A stretch of DNA of 64,000 nucleotides from assembly GCA_965263475.1 (NCBI GenBank), contig OZ253677.1, positions 4,633,812 to 4,697,811 of the forward strand. The letters run 5' to 3'. Positions 27,449 through 37,505 of this stretch are shown here, piece after piece. Made by a program: the position numbers and the translations under genes. Position 1 is the stretch's first letter; each line of letters begins with the position of its first letter. The notes beneath the pieces are model-generated. The model had not been told where the DNA came from and did not search any database. It saw only the letters and a program-made list of their open reading frames with translations. Source of the DNA: Mariniblastus sp. GTDB lineage: Bacteria > Planctomycetota > Planctomycetia > Pirellulales > Pirellulaceae.

Positions 27449-28714
27449 ATGACAACCGAACTGCGCAAACAACTGCTAGAAATTGGAGTTGCCGCCAGGG
27501 ATGCCGCTCAAACTCTGGCGGTTTTGGATACGCAATCAAAAAACGACTGCTTGATGCGGATGGCAGCTTCAATCGAGCAGTCGTTAAACGAAATTCTTGA
27601 AGCCAATACAAATGATATTGCCAGGGCCCACGCCGACTCGATTTCTGGATCCTTTTTGGACCGTTTGACGTTAAATGAATCACGCGTGATCGCGATGGCC
27701 AATGGCATTCGTGAAATTGCGGCGTTGCCCGACCCCGTTGGGCAAGTACTGGCAACGACGGTACGCCCCAACGGGCTTCAGATTGACAAGGTAGCGACGC
27801 CCATCGGCGTGATCGGTGTGATCTTTGAGAGTCGCCCCAATGTGACTGCCGACGCAACGGCGTTGTGCCTGAAAGCTGGTAATGCGGTCGTATTGCGAGG
27901 AGGATCTGCCGCAATCACATCCAACATGGCGATTCGCAAAGCCATGGCAGCCGGGATTACTGAAGCGACTTGCAATCCGGCAAGCAGCCAGTTGATTGAA
28001 ACGGTCGACCGAGATGCGGTTGGAGAGCTGCTCTCTGGCTTAGCAGGCAACATAGATGTGATTGTACCGCGGGGAGGGAAGAGTCTGGTTGCTCGCGTTC
28101 AAAAAGAAGCTCGAGTCCCAGTGTTTGCGCACTTGGAGGGAGTTTGTCATACGTACATTCACAAAGACGCTAATCGGAAAATGGCGACGGCAATCGCGTT
28201 GAATGCCAAAATGCGGCGGACTGGGATATGTGGAGCGACGGAAACGCTGTTGGTTGACCAAGGGTTAGACGCGACGTCGCTGAAGACTATGTTGGCTGAG
28301 CTGTATGAAAGCGGATGTGAGATTCGTGGAGACGCTTTCGTGTGTCAACAGTTTTCCGAAGCGGTGGCCGCTGACGAAGAAGACTGGTCGACCGAGTACT
28401 TGAGCCCAACGATATCGGTCAAATCGGTGGCCGACTGCGAACACGCGATCCAACACATTTCCAGATATGGCTCCAATCATACCGACGCGATCGTTACCGA
28501 CGACAAATCGGCAGCAGAACGTTTTCTGCGTAGTGTTGATTCAGCAATTGTCATGCACAATGCCTCAACACAGTTTGCCGATGGCGGCGAGTTTGGCATG
28601 GGAGCTGAGATCGGAATTGCAACAGGTAAGCTGCACGCTCGGGGCCCGGTTGGCGTCGAGCAATTGACGACGTTCAAGTACGTTGTGCGAGGTTCTGGGC
28701 AAACCCGCGGCTAG
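27449..28714 (+). CDS. proA: Glutamate-5-semialdehyde dehydrogenase (gamma-glutamyl phosphate reductase)
   Basis: ATG 27449 lies 5 nt after the proB stop; ATG 27434 is the alternative start. Motifs include [34 protein letters not shown], CNAxETLLV, HTDAIVT and [13 protein letters not shown]. Confidence 0.92.
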   Translation: MTTELRKQLLEIGVAARDAAQTLAVLDTQSKNDCLMRMAASIEQSLNEILEANTNDIARAHADSISGSFLDRLTLNESRVIAMANGIREIAALPDPVGQVLATTVRPNGLQIDKVATPIGVIGVIFESRPNVTADATALCLKAGNAVVLRGGSAAITSNMAIRKAMAAGITEATCNPASSQLIETVDRDAVGELLSGLAGNIDVIVPRGGKSLVARVQKEARVPVFAHLEGVCHTYIHKDANRKMATAIALNAKMRRTGICGATETLLVDQGLDATSLKTMLAELYESGCEIRGDAFVCQQFSEAVAADEEDWSTEYLSPTISVKSVADCEHAIQHISRYGSNHTDAIVTDDKSAAERFLRSVDSAIVMHNASTQFADGGEFGMGAEIGIATGKLHARGPVGVEQLTTFKYVVRGSGQTRG

Positions 28715-28838
28715 CGAGCTGATGTTCACTGCAAAGAAGCACAGTTGGTTGATTTGCTGGCATCGCCAAGTTGATGTTTGGGGAACACGGATGGTTTGCA
28801 ACAATGCCGCAGTTGATTCCTGAACCAACTGGCTAACC

Positions 28839-29636
28839 ATGCGACTCTCGTTCTCGCCGAAAAAAACCATTGAACGCATGAAGCGACGATCGTTAGAACG
28901 TCGCAAGCGAATGTGTTTGCAAAAATGCGATTTTTTGGGCTACAAACGATTTTACCATTATCATTGCCGGAAAACAGCTGGAACTTCGATCGCCAAGATG
29001 TTCCTGGCTTTGGGCGGTGGAGACGGGAACGAGCTGTTCAAAAAACTTGGTCAGCAATCGAATGAATCGATGTTGGAGGACGATCTAGTTTTTGTCGGAT
29101 GGGACAAGCCGCTGATCGAAAAAGGCGATTACTTTTTTGGGTTTTCGCATTACGCTTATGATGAAATTTCGATCCCTGATGGTACGTTTCGATTTACTTC
29201 ATTGCGAGACCCAGTCGAACGCGTTGTTTCGCATTACCGAATGTTGTTAGATTTCAGTAAACAAGTGAATCCGCACCCGTGTTTTACCACCGAAGGCCAG
29301 TGGTTGGGTGGTTCGTTTGACGAATTTTTGGACCGGTTGCCCATGCAGCATTTAAAAAATCAACTGTACATGTTTAGTGAAGACTTTCATGTCAGTCAGG
29401 CAGTCGAACGAATCCAGAATCTTGACTTCTGTTTTTTTGTTGACACGTTAGAAATCGACTTGCGTCAATTTGCAAGGAAGACAAGCATCTCGCTTACCAA
29501 TCGCCGGGACCGAATTAGTGAACAAAAGTTTCAATTGAATGGATTGCAGTCGAGTCGACTGCGAGAGATGTTAAGCGACGAGTACGAGCTGGTAAATGCA
29601 ATTCGGGATCACAGGTTCGCTTTTTTGGCGACGTGA
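28839..29636 (+). CDS. Sulfotransferase-family protein (family-2-like)
   Basis: ATG start. The segment YHYHCRKTAGTSI resembles the PAPS 5'-phosphosulfate-binding loop (xKTxGTS) of this family, and SLRDPVERVVSHY resembles the 3'-PB region. Confidence 0.55.
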   Translation: MRLSFSPKKTIERMKRRSLERRKRMCLQKCDFLGYKRFYHYHCRKTAGTSIAKMFLALGGGDGNELFKKLGQQSNESMLEDDLVFVGWDKPLIEKGDYFFGFSHYAYDEISIPDGTFRFTSLRDPVERVVSHYRMLLDFSKQVNPHPCFTTEGQWLGGSFDEFLDRLPMQHLKNQLYMFSEDFHVSQAVERIQNLDFCFFVDTLEIDLRQFARKTSISLTNRRDRISEQKFQLNGLQSSRLREMLSDEYELVNAIRDHRFAFLAT

Positions 29637-30274
29637 ATGCCGACTAGTTCAGCTACCACAACCGTAACGAAGATTTGTCCAAAAACGGCCTCGTAAGCTG
29701 CCAACATTTGAGCCGAGTCGGAGACAGGAACGATGTCGCCATAACCCAATGTCGTCAACGTAACGAAACTGAAATACGTCATGTCGAATAACGGTTCTTG
29801 CGAACCGGAAGCAAGCTTGATCGCATCGGGGTCGACACCAATCATGGCCATGTAAATCGTGGCAAACAAAAAACCAAGCAGCAAATAGGCGCATCCCGCG
29901 GCAAATAGCGTGTCCATGTCAACTTCCGTTTCAACGAACAGCTTATAACAATAAATGGAAAAGCTGACAAAGAAAAAAGCGGCGTAGATTATCGGTACCA
30001 CAATTTCTCGAATTTGTGTTGGCAGGGGCACCCACCCGGCGATCGCGGCCAGGATTCCGAGGATTAGAAACACTTGGCGAACGGACTTCCAAACGTTGGA
30101 TTGGGCGTACAACGCTAACAAAATTGCGCTGGTCATAAACAAATTCATCACGATTCGTGCAGCGCTGGTTTCGACCGTCAAAGGAAAGAGTATGAAAAAA
30201 CTGCTCATACAAAGAAACAGCCAAACATTTCTTAACTCACGCCAAATATCGCGTTCGGATGAGTCGGATTGCAT
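29609..30274 (-). CDS. Potassium channel-family membrane protein
   Basis: ATG start and several TM helices. Has the K+ selectivity filter FVTLTTLGYGD and no obvious RCK domain. Confidence 0.8.
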   Translation of the reverse strand: MQSDSSERDIWRELRNVWLFLCMSSFFILFPLTVETSAARIVMNLFMTSAILLALYAQSNVWKSVRQVFLILGILAAIAGWVPLPTQIREIVVPIIYAAFFFVSFSIYCYKLFVETEVDMDTLFAAGCAYLLLGFLFATIYMAMIGVDPDAIKLASGSQEPLFDMTYFSFVTLTTLGYGDIVPVSDSAQMLAAYEAVFGQIFVTVVVAELVGIHVAKKANL

Positions 30275-30307
30275 GCGAGAATTAACCTAGCCAGTTTACG
30301 ATGTTTG

Positions 30308-31915
30308 TCATTCGATATCGGATGCGTCGAGCAATTGGTTGTCCGATTCAAAAGTTGGCTTGGACGGCAAGTCGTCGGGCGCTGCTTCAAGATCGACGAC
30401 CTCAACCGCTTCGGTGAATTCGAATTCGCCGACTCCTCCTTCACAGCGTATTTCCCAACCACCGCCCAATGCCTTATAAGTGCTGATTAATCCTTGCGCG
30501 ATATTGGCCCTCGTTGCGACCAGTTGATCTTGGGCCTGAACGAGGTTGGACTGTACGACGAAAACACGGTTGAAGTCCTCTTCCCCTTCTTTATATAGGG
30601 CAAGTGAGAGGTTCAATGATTCACGATTGGCTTTTTCATTGGCTTTGTCAAAAACATATCGCTCACTATTCTTGATAAAATCAACGATTCCATCCTCGAC
30701 TTCTCGTTGGGCTTGGAGCACTGTATTTTGGAAGTCGTAGCACAGTTGGTTGACACGTGTCTGTTGGACCCGAACATTGTTTTGGAGTCTACCATAGTTC
30801 AAGATTTTCCAACTGAATCCAGGTGCTATCGTTCCGGTGTAGCTTCCGGACTGGATCAAGTCGCTCAGCTTGGCGGCCTGATATCCTACCGTCCCGCTGA
30901 TCGTAAACGTCGGATAGAAATCGGCTTCGGCGATTCCAACTTGTTCGAACTGAGCAGCCAATTGCCTTTCCGCGGCACGTATATCAGGTCGTCGCCTGAT
31001 AAGCTCGCAGGGGATGCCAACGATCACGGAAGCGGGTATCTCCGGGATTTTACCGCCGCCCTCACAAAGATACTCAATCTCGCTCGGAGGAATGGCCATC
31101 AAGACTGACAATGCGTTTAACGATTGTCGTTGGGCCAGTTCCAATTGGGGGATAAGGGATTGTGTGGCTGCAAGGTTGGATTCGGCTTGAACCACATCCA
31201 ATTTAGACGTGCGCCCGGCCTCAAAACGTCGTTTCGCAATTTCTAAACTGCCCTGCAAAGATTTAACGTTGAGCCGGGCGAGTTCGAGACGTTCGTCCAG
31301 CGAGCGAATGTTGATGTAGAGGGATGCAACATCTCCAATCAATGTGATTAATAGAAAATCATAGTCTTTCACATTGGCGCAAATGTTTGCATTGGCAGAA
31401 GCGATTTCTCGTTTCAGGCGTCCCCACAGATCGATCTCCCATCCCGCATCAAAACTTGCCGACCAATTGTCAGTGGTAATTGGAATCAGCGGATTAAAAC
31501 CATCCGCGTTTTGGCTGCTTTGGTTGTGAACGAAACCCGATTCCACGGTTTGGCTTTGCGGGAATAAATTGGCTGCCGCGATGTTTCGCAGAGCTCTTGC
31601 TTCGGCGATGCGGCAAACGGCGGCTTTTAGCGAGAGATTTTGCTTATGGAGACGGTCGATCAACAAATCCAAATCGGGATCGTTGAACACTCGCCACCAT
31701 CGTGGGTCGCAAACCGAAGAAGGATTGATATAAGGCGAATCAGACTGGCTAAATACGTCAGCTGTGGGGGCGGAAGCACCTTTATAATTTGGCCCAACCC
31801 GTCGGCAGTTGTTCCACCAGTAATTTAAGCTCTGGCAACCCGAATTTACGATCAGGATTAGTGCAACTAAAATCAACAATGGAGCACGAAATTCGATCGT
31901 TTGAGTGATTTTCAT
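30308..31915 (-). CDS. RND efflux outer-membrane factor lipoprotein (NodT/TolC family)
   Basis: Start re-set to ATG 31915 (MKITQTIEFRAPLLILVALILIVNSGCQ, lipobox). It has the duplicated TolC-like helical pattern (...FPQ...WEIDLWGR...). It is divergent from the MFP-RND pair. Confidence 0.85.
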   Translation of the reverse strand: MKITQTIEFRAPLLILVALILIVNSGCQSLNYWWNNCRRVGPNYKGASAPTADVFSQSDSPYINPSSVCDPRWWRVFNDPDLDLLIDRLHKQNLSLKAAVCRIAEARALRNIAAANLFPQSQTVESGFVHNQSSQNADGFNPLIPITTDNWSASFDAGWEIDLWGRLKREIASANANICANVKDYDFLLITLIGDVASLYINIRSLDERLELARLNVKSLQGSLEIAKRRFEAGRTSKLDVVQAESNLAATQSLIPQLELAQRQSLNALSVLMAIPPSEIEYLCEGGGKIPEIPASVIVGIPCELIRRRPDIRAAERQLAAQFEQVGIAEADFYPTFTISGTVGYQAAKLSDLIQSGSYTGTIAPGFSWKILNYGRLQNNVRVQQTRVNQLCYDFQNTVLQAQREVEDGIVDFIKNSERYVFDKANEKANRESLNLSLALYKEGEEDFNRVFVVQSNLVQAQDQLVATRANIAQGLISTYKALGGGWEIRCEGGVGEFEFTEAVEVVDLEAAPDDLPSKPTFESDNQLLDASDIE

Positions 31916-32172
31916 GGGCGCGATCGATTTCACTGATACAAATGGGAACACGGCAAAAAACGGAACATTAGTTGAAATCGACACGATCCGCGTCATACTG
32001 CTAAACCAATGGTCTGACGTGTGCAAGCCGCCGTGTTCGGAGCATTTTTTGCTACCGAAATTCCTTCTTCAATCGTTAGGGTTTGCCATTTTTACTTTTG
32101 CCAAGATCACTCAGAATATATGCAGAAAGCGGTTGGCCCCGTTTACGATTTGTTTTCAGGATTCTCATCGCA

Positions 32173-33885
32173 ATGAAAAATAAAATCTATATCGTCTTGT
32201 TGGTCGGTTTGGCGTTTGTAGCTGGTTGTGGTCCCAAAGAAGATCAGTCGCACGAAATCAGGCCGCGTCCGGTAACGACGCAGGTATTGGTCAAGCAATT
32301 GCCGCCTTCTGCGGCGATGTTATCGGCGTCGGTAAGTTCGTGGAAAACCGAGCAGATTGGATTTGAGGTTGGTGGTCGCGTTAAATGGGTATTGGAACCC
32401 AACAAGGAAGTCGAAGGTCGGCAAAGCTATCAAGATGGTGAACAGACGCTGGAGACTGGAACTCCGCTTGCTCAATTGGAAACCGAGCGGTTTGAGATTG
32501 CCCTGGAAAAAGCCAAAGCCGAAAAGGTTCGCGCAAGCAAGACTTTGGATTCTGCACGCATTGAATTGAATGAAAGTATCAAAGCGCAAATCGATGCCGC
32601 CAAAGCGACACGGGATCTGGCAGATATCGAATATAAACGCAGTGAAAAATTGTTCCGACAGAAGGCTGGTTCCAAAGGCGATGTCGATCGGGATTATGCC
32701 AATTTGCAAACTTCCATCGCGGAAGTGAAACGTTTGGAAGCTTCATTGGAAGCCAAGGCAGCCGAAGTGGCTTCATTGGAAAGCAGTTTGAAACAAGCCG
32801 AGCAGGAATTGAAAGATGCCAAGCGAAACCTGGCGGACTGCACTCTATTTTCTTCGTTCCCTGGTCAGATCAGCGAAGTGGCGATCGTTCCCGGTTCGGT
32901 CGTCGATGCTGGAACTCCGGCTGTGACGGTGCAAATGATGGATCCGATTAAAATCGAAATGGAGGTTTCCGCGGAACAATCAAGACGGTTGGGACGGACC
33001 GAACGCGTTCCCGTATTCGCTCCGCCGGCTAATGGAGCACCCGACTCTGTTGGCAAACAATTGGTCGGGTTTTTGTATTTGATCGACCCAATTGCCGACC
33101 CTTTGACACGGACGTTCACTGTCACTCTATTGCTTACCAATGAACGCTTGGGAGACGCCGAGGGCATCGAGAATATTTCTAGTACGGTTGCTTTCACAGA
33201 TGACATTTGGCGAGTCGACTTTCAGTTTTTGCCGGGCGTTAATGATCACAGCTCCTGTTTCATCGAAAGTAATGCGTTGGTAAAAGAACAGGATGGCGAC
33301 CGATATTACCTTTGGAAAATTACGAATTCGACGGTGAATCCGGGCGACCCCAGCAAAGTCTTTAAAGTCAAAAAGATGCCAGTCGAATTGGGGCCTCGGA
33401 GGATTCCGTTTCTGGGTAAATTTGAGTTTCAGGAAATCAAAATTTTGGACCCAGACTTTGATCCGTCTTTGAATATGGTCGTTGGACGGTTGAATTTTGT
33501 CGATGAAACCATGACCCCAAACGATTGGGATGGCGATACCGTGTTGTTGTCGCGTCACCGTTGGTTGCTGCGACCGGGTGATATTGTAAAAGTCAGTCTA
33601 CCAGGATTGGGGCGTGTCGAAGAAGGTTATTACATTCCAATGGATGCGGTGGGGCGTCAAGGCGAATCGAGCTTTATTTTTGCCGTCGAGGAAAACAATG
33701 GCCAGTCCATTGCTAAACGCATTGATGTGCAAGTATTGGATAAGAGTAACGGTGGCGGGACATCAAGCCTGCGGCAGATTGAACCGATTGGTGATGATTC
33801 ACTTGAGGGCATAAGAATCGTTACCGCAGGCGTTCATTACTTGATTGACGGGGAACCGGTGGTCGCTACTGGAGCTGCCGAATGA
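32173..33885 (+). CDS. RND efflux periplasmic adaptor (membrane-fusion protein, HlyD family), unusually long (~570 aa)
   Basis: Start re-set to ATG 32173 (MKNKIYIVLLVGLAFVAGCG, lipobox). It has a long coiled-coil hairpin (residues ~130-260) flanked by barrel-sandwich-like segments. Its stop overlaps the RND start (ATGA at 33882-33885). Confidence 0.8.
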   Translation: MKNKIYIVLLVGLAFVAGCGPKEDQSHEIRPRPVTTQVLVKQLPPSAAMLSASVSSWKTEQIGFEVGGRVKWVLEPNKEVEGRQSYQDGEQTLETGTPLAQLETERFEIALEKAKAEKVRASKTLDSARIELNESIKAQIDAAKATRDLADIEYKRSEKLFRQKAGSKGDVDRDYANLQTSIAEVKRLEASLEAKAAEVASLESSLKQAEQELKDAKRNLADCTLFSSFPGQISEVAIVPGSVVDAGTPAVTVQMMDPIKIEMEVSAEQSRRLGRTERVPVFAPPANGAPDSVGKQLVGFLYLIDPIADPLTRTFTVTLLLTNERLGDAEGIENISSTVAFTDDIWRVDFQFLPGVNDHSSCFIESNALVKEQDGDRYYLWKITNSTVNPGDPSKVFKVKKMPVELGPRRIPFLGKFEFQEIKILDPDFDPSLNMVVGRLNFVDETMTPNDWDGDTVLLSRHRWLLRPGDIVKVSLPGLGRVEEGYYIPMDAVGRQGESSFIFAVEENNGQSIAKRIDVQVLDKSNGGGTSSLRQIEPIGDDSLEGIRIVTAGVHYLIDGEPVVATGAAE

Positions 33886-36800
33886 ATCTGTCTGAATTGT
33901 CGATGCGTTATCGACCAGTCGTATTGACTTTGGTCGGTCTGATAACGGTTTGGGGCACGATCACGTTTTTGTCGATGCCGCGACGCGAAGATCCAGAATT
34001 TACGATTCGGACTTGCGTGGTATCGACGCGTTGGCCAGGAGCACCGACGACCAAAGTCGAAGAACTGATCACCGACAAGTTGGAAGAAACGTTAGACAGT
34101 ATCGAGGAAGTCGATTACATCAATTCGACGACAACCAACGGTCAATCGGTCATCTATGTCAATCTAGAGGATCGGCTTCCGCCCAGTGATATTCAGCAAG
34201 TCTGGGACAAAGTTCGTGCGAAGGTCAATGAAGTCGAAATGCCAGCTCAAGACATTCGGCCAATGGTCAACGACGAATTTGGTGATACAGCGGTATTGCT
34301 GCTAGGAATCTATCAGGCCCCACTTGAGGGGCAAACGGTGGTTGATTCCGACTACAAGTACAACAGTCGGCAACTTGAAATTTACGCGGATTCAGTCAGG
34401 GACGCGATTCGGCTGCTACCGGGTATTGCGAAAGTCGACAAATACGGCGTTCAAGACGAAGCGATTTATATCGAGACGGACTTAGGTACTTGGTCGCAAC
34501 TGGAACTGACGACCGGTCGTTTGCGGCAGCTCGTCGAAAGCCGCAATATCGTTTCTCCTGGAGGGTCGATCGACACGACCGATGGGAAATTTAATGTCAA
34601 ACCTGGAGGCGAGTTTGACGCGGTTGGCGAGATTGAGACGCTGACCGTTGCTGCAGTGCAAAGCAGCGAGATGGCAAACCGTGTTAGCCTCTCCGACTTG
34701 GGACTCAGTGTAAAACGAGACTATGTTGACCCGGCCGAAGTCATTTGTCGGTTTACTGAGGAGCGTGGCACTTTTCCAGCGGTCATGCTTGGGGTCACAA
34801 TGAAGTCTGGCTCAAACATTATCGATATTTGTGAATCGTCGATGGCCAGGATTAAACAACTTGTTGAAGTTGAGCAGGCCCTGCCTCGTGACATTGAAAT
34901 TCGTCCGGTTTCGATGGCGTCAGATAACGTCACCGCAAAAATTGATGACGTTATCAACAACGTACTTTCGGCGATTGTGATCGTTGTAGTGGTTGTATTC
35001 TTGTTTGTTGGTTTGCGGACATCGTTGGTCATGGCCGCCAACATACCGTTTGTTGTGATCGGTGCGATTGCAATTGTGAGTCTGTTTGGAGTTGAGTTGG
35101 AACAGATTTCCCTCGCTTCCATTATTATTGCGTTGGGACTACTGGTCGACAACGCGGTCCAAGTTTGTGATCAGACGCGAACCAATATATTGGCAGGTAG
35201 CCTACCCAATCAGGCCGCGGTCAAGGGCGCCAATACGTTGATGTTTCCGATGTTGACCGGAACGTTGACAACCGTTGCTGCATTTCTGCCAATGTTGTTT
35301 GCCCTGTCGGGCGGCGGGGCTGAGTACGTTTACAGCTTGCCAGTCACTCTTTCGACAACCTTGTTGTTGAGCTGGTTTTTTGCGATGTCGATTTGTGTGG
35401 TGTTGGCATCCGCATTCATTCGAGCTCCCAAAGACCCAAACCAGCCTTCGGCACCGTTGCCTTGGCTGAACGCCAAGTTAGAGTCTTTGCGTCATCGATT
35501 CATCCGACGCGGACAAAACAAGAATCAATCCAGTGACGACGAAGCTAGCGACAACTTGTTTCTACAAGTTTATGCCGTCACAGCGCGGATCGCGGTTCGA
35601 TTCAAATGGCTGACGGTGATTGGATCCGTCGCACTCTTGTTTTTGGCGTTGCAACTGCCGGTCAGCAGCGAGTTTTTTCCTCAGGATCGACGAGATCAAT
35701 TCTATGTAAACATCACACTTCCAGAAACGGCAACGATCAATGATACGAATGAGGTTGTGCACCAGGTAGAAGATACGATCCGAAAACTGAGCCCAATTGT
35801 TGATCCAGACACGGGCTTAAACGAAGCGCGCCTCCGGACAATGCGATGTCTCGTTGGGCAAGGTGGTGCACGTTGGGCGTTAGCCGTGAATCCCCCCTCT
35901 CCTGGTGCAAACGTTGCCGAAATTTTGGTTCGGACAAGTGACGCGAAATGGACCGATAGTATGATTCGTGACTTGAGGTCGACTGTTGATCAAGGAGATT
36001 CGGAGCGCGGCATTAAACCGATTGCTGGTGCAAGAATTATTACGAAGCGGCTATCGATGGGACCATCAGCGGCGCCGGTTGAGCTGCGCATTTCCGGAGA
36101 TGGTTTTGCTTCGATCACCGATCTTCGCAAAATTGCCGACGAAGTTAAGAGTATGATTCGCCAGGAACCCGGGACTTGGGATATCAACGACTCCTGGGGA
36201 GTGGATGGTTTTCAACTGAATATTGAAGTCGACGAAGAAAAAGCGAATATGGCAGGCGTGACCAATTCTGCGATTGCCGATACATTGAACGCCTATTTTT
36301 CCGGGTTGCGACTGACTACGTTTCGCGAAGGGGATCACCAAATTCCGGTCTACTTTCGTTTGAAGCAAGGAGAGCGTCAAAACCTGCAAGCGATTGATGC
36401 AGCATTCGTTGAAGGCGAAAACGGCAAACTGCCTCTCAACTCCGTCTCGAAAATCATTCCGACTTGGCAACCCGGCAAAATCGAAAGGCGGGATCAGAAT
36501 CGGACCATCACCGTATCGGCAGAAGTTGAAGACGGTATATCTGGAAACGATGTCGTATTGCGCGTTTGGAATTCCGAGCGGATGGAGAAACTCAAGGCCT
36601 CATTGCCTGTCGGCTACAAGATCGAAATCGGTGGCGCCTTGGAATCAAGCCAAGATGCAGCGTTTGAGATGCTCACCTCGTTCGGAATTTCTTTTATTTG
36701 CATCGTGTTGATTTTGGTTGTCCAATACAATGGTTGGTCCAAGACCATTATCATTTTGACGACGTTGCCATTGGCCGTCATTGGAGCTTGGCTGGGGCTT

Positions 36801-37226
36801 TGGATCACGAACAAACCACTGGGTTTCATGCCGCAACTTGGCTTGTTGTCGCTGTTTGGTATCGTCCTAAATACCGGAATTATCTTTATCGAGTTCGCCG
36901 ACATTCTCATTGCTCGTAAAAGAGATGCGCTAAGAGAATCCAGTAGCGCAGACGGTCCGATCGCGGGGCTGTCGCGAGACGATTTTCATGATTGCCTGAT
37001 CGCAGCAGGGAAACAGAGGATGTTGCCGATTTTCTTGACGACAGCAACTACGATTGGCGGGTTGCTGCCGTTGGCATTGTCTGGGGGACCTCTGTGGGAA
37101 GGCATGTCTTGGTTGATGATTTTTGGTTTGATTGTGGCGACGTTTTTGACGCTGTATGTGGTCCCGGCTTTGTACGCGATCATCGTTGAAACGTTTCGGG
37201 TTCAACCGATTTCTACGGAAGACTAA
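33882..37226 (+). CDS. RND efflux permease (AcrB/AcrD/AcrF superfamily)
   Basis: 1114 aa with a 12-TM RND topology. The N-terminus is RPVVLTLVGLITVWGTITFLSMPRREDPEF, and both halves carry the LGLLVDNAVQV and ...TTIGGLLPLAL motifs. Confidence 0.92.
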   Translation: MNLSELSMRYRPVVLTLVGLITVWGTITFLSMPRREDPEFTIRTCVVSTRWPGAPTTKVEELITDKLEETLDSIEEVDYINSTTTNGQSVIYVNLEDRLPPSDIQQVWDKVRAKVNEVEMPAQDIRPMVNDEFGDTAVLLLGIYQAPLEGQTVVDSDYKYNSRQLEIYADSVRDAIRLLPGIAKVDKYGVQDEAIYIETDLGTWSQLELTTGRLRQLVESRNIVSPGGSIDTTDGKFNVKPGGEFDAVGEIETLTVAAVQSSEMANRVSLSDLGLSVKRDYVDPAEVICRFTEERGTFPAVMLGVTMKSGSNIIDICESSMARIKQLVEVEQALPRDIEIRPVSMASDNVTAKIDDVINNVLSAIVIVVVVVFLFVGLRTSLVMAANIPFVVIGAIAIVSLFGVELEQISLASIIIALGLLVDNAVQVCDQTRTNILAGSLPNQAAVKGANTLMFPMLTGTLTTVAAFLPMLFALSGGGAEYVYSLPVTLSTTLLLSWFFAMSICVVLASAFIRAPKDPNQPSAPLPWLNAKLESLRHRFIRRGQNKNQSSDDEASDNLFLQVYAVTARIAVRFKWLTVIGSVALLFLALQLPVSSEFFPQDRRDQFYVNITLPETATINDTNEVVHQVEDTIRKLSPIVDPDTGLNEARLRTMRCLVGQGGARWALAVNPPSPGANVAEILVRTSDAKWTDSMIRDLRSTVDQGDSERGIKPIAGARIITKRLSMGPSAAPVELRISGDGFASITDLRKIADEVKSMIRQEPGTWDINDSWGVDGFQLNIEVDEEKANMAGVTNSAIADTLNAYFSGLRLTTFREGDHQIPVYFRLKQGERQNLQAIDAAFVEGENGKLPLNSVSKIIPTWQPGKIERRDQNRTITVSAEVEDGISGNDVVLRVWNSERMEKLKASLPVGYKIEIGGALESSQDAAFEMLTSFGISFICIVLILVVQYNGWSKTIIILTTLPLAVIGAWLGLWITNKPLGFMPQLGLLSLFGIVLNTGIIFIEFADILIARKRDALRESSSADGPIAGLSRDDFHDCLIAAGKQRMLPIFLTTATTIGGLLPLALSGGPLWEGMSWLMIFGLIVATFLTLYVVPALYAIIVETFRVQPISTED

Positions 37227-37505
37227 TTGACGTGCTGCTATCACACCCGTTGAGCGTTTTTGCACAGCTCGTCATTTTTACCGTTAAGCTCTAACCATTG
37301 CCCGGGTTTTGCCGGCGCTTAATTGGCTTCGTGTTGGCAAGTTTGACGGCGGCGCAATGGTTAAATGTATTACGCTTTCGTCGGAAAAAAGGGCTCGGGA
37401 GTATCGATCTTCACCAAACTAAGAATTGCTCCAGTTGTTTCGATATTGCTCTTAGTTCAACGCCTGTGACTAAACAGGTTCATTACTATTTTAGGGGCTT
37501 TGCTG

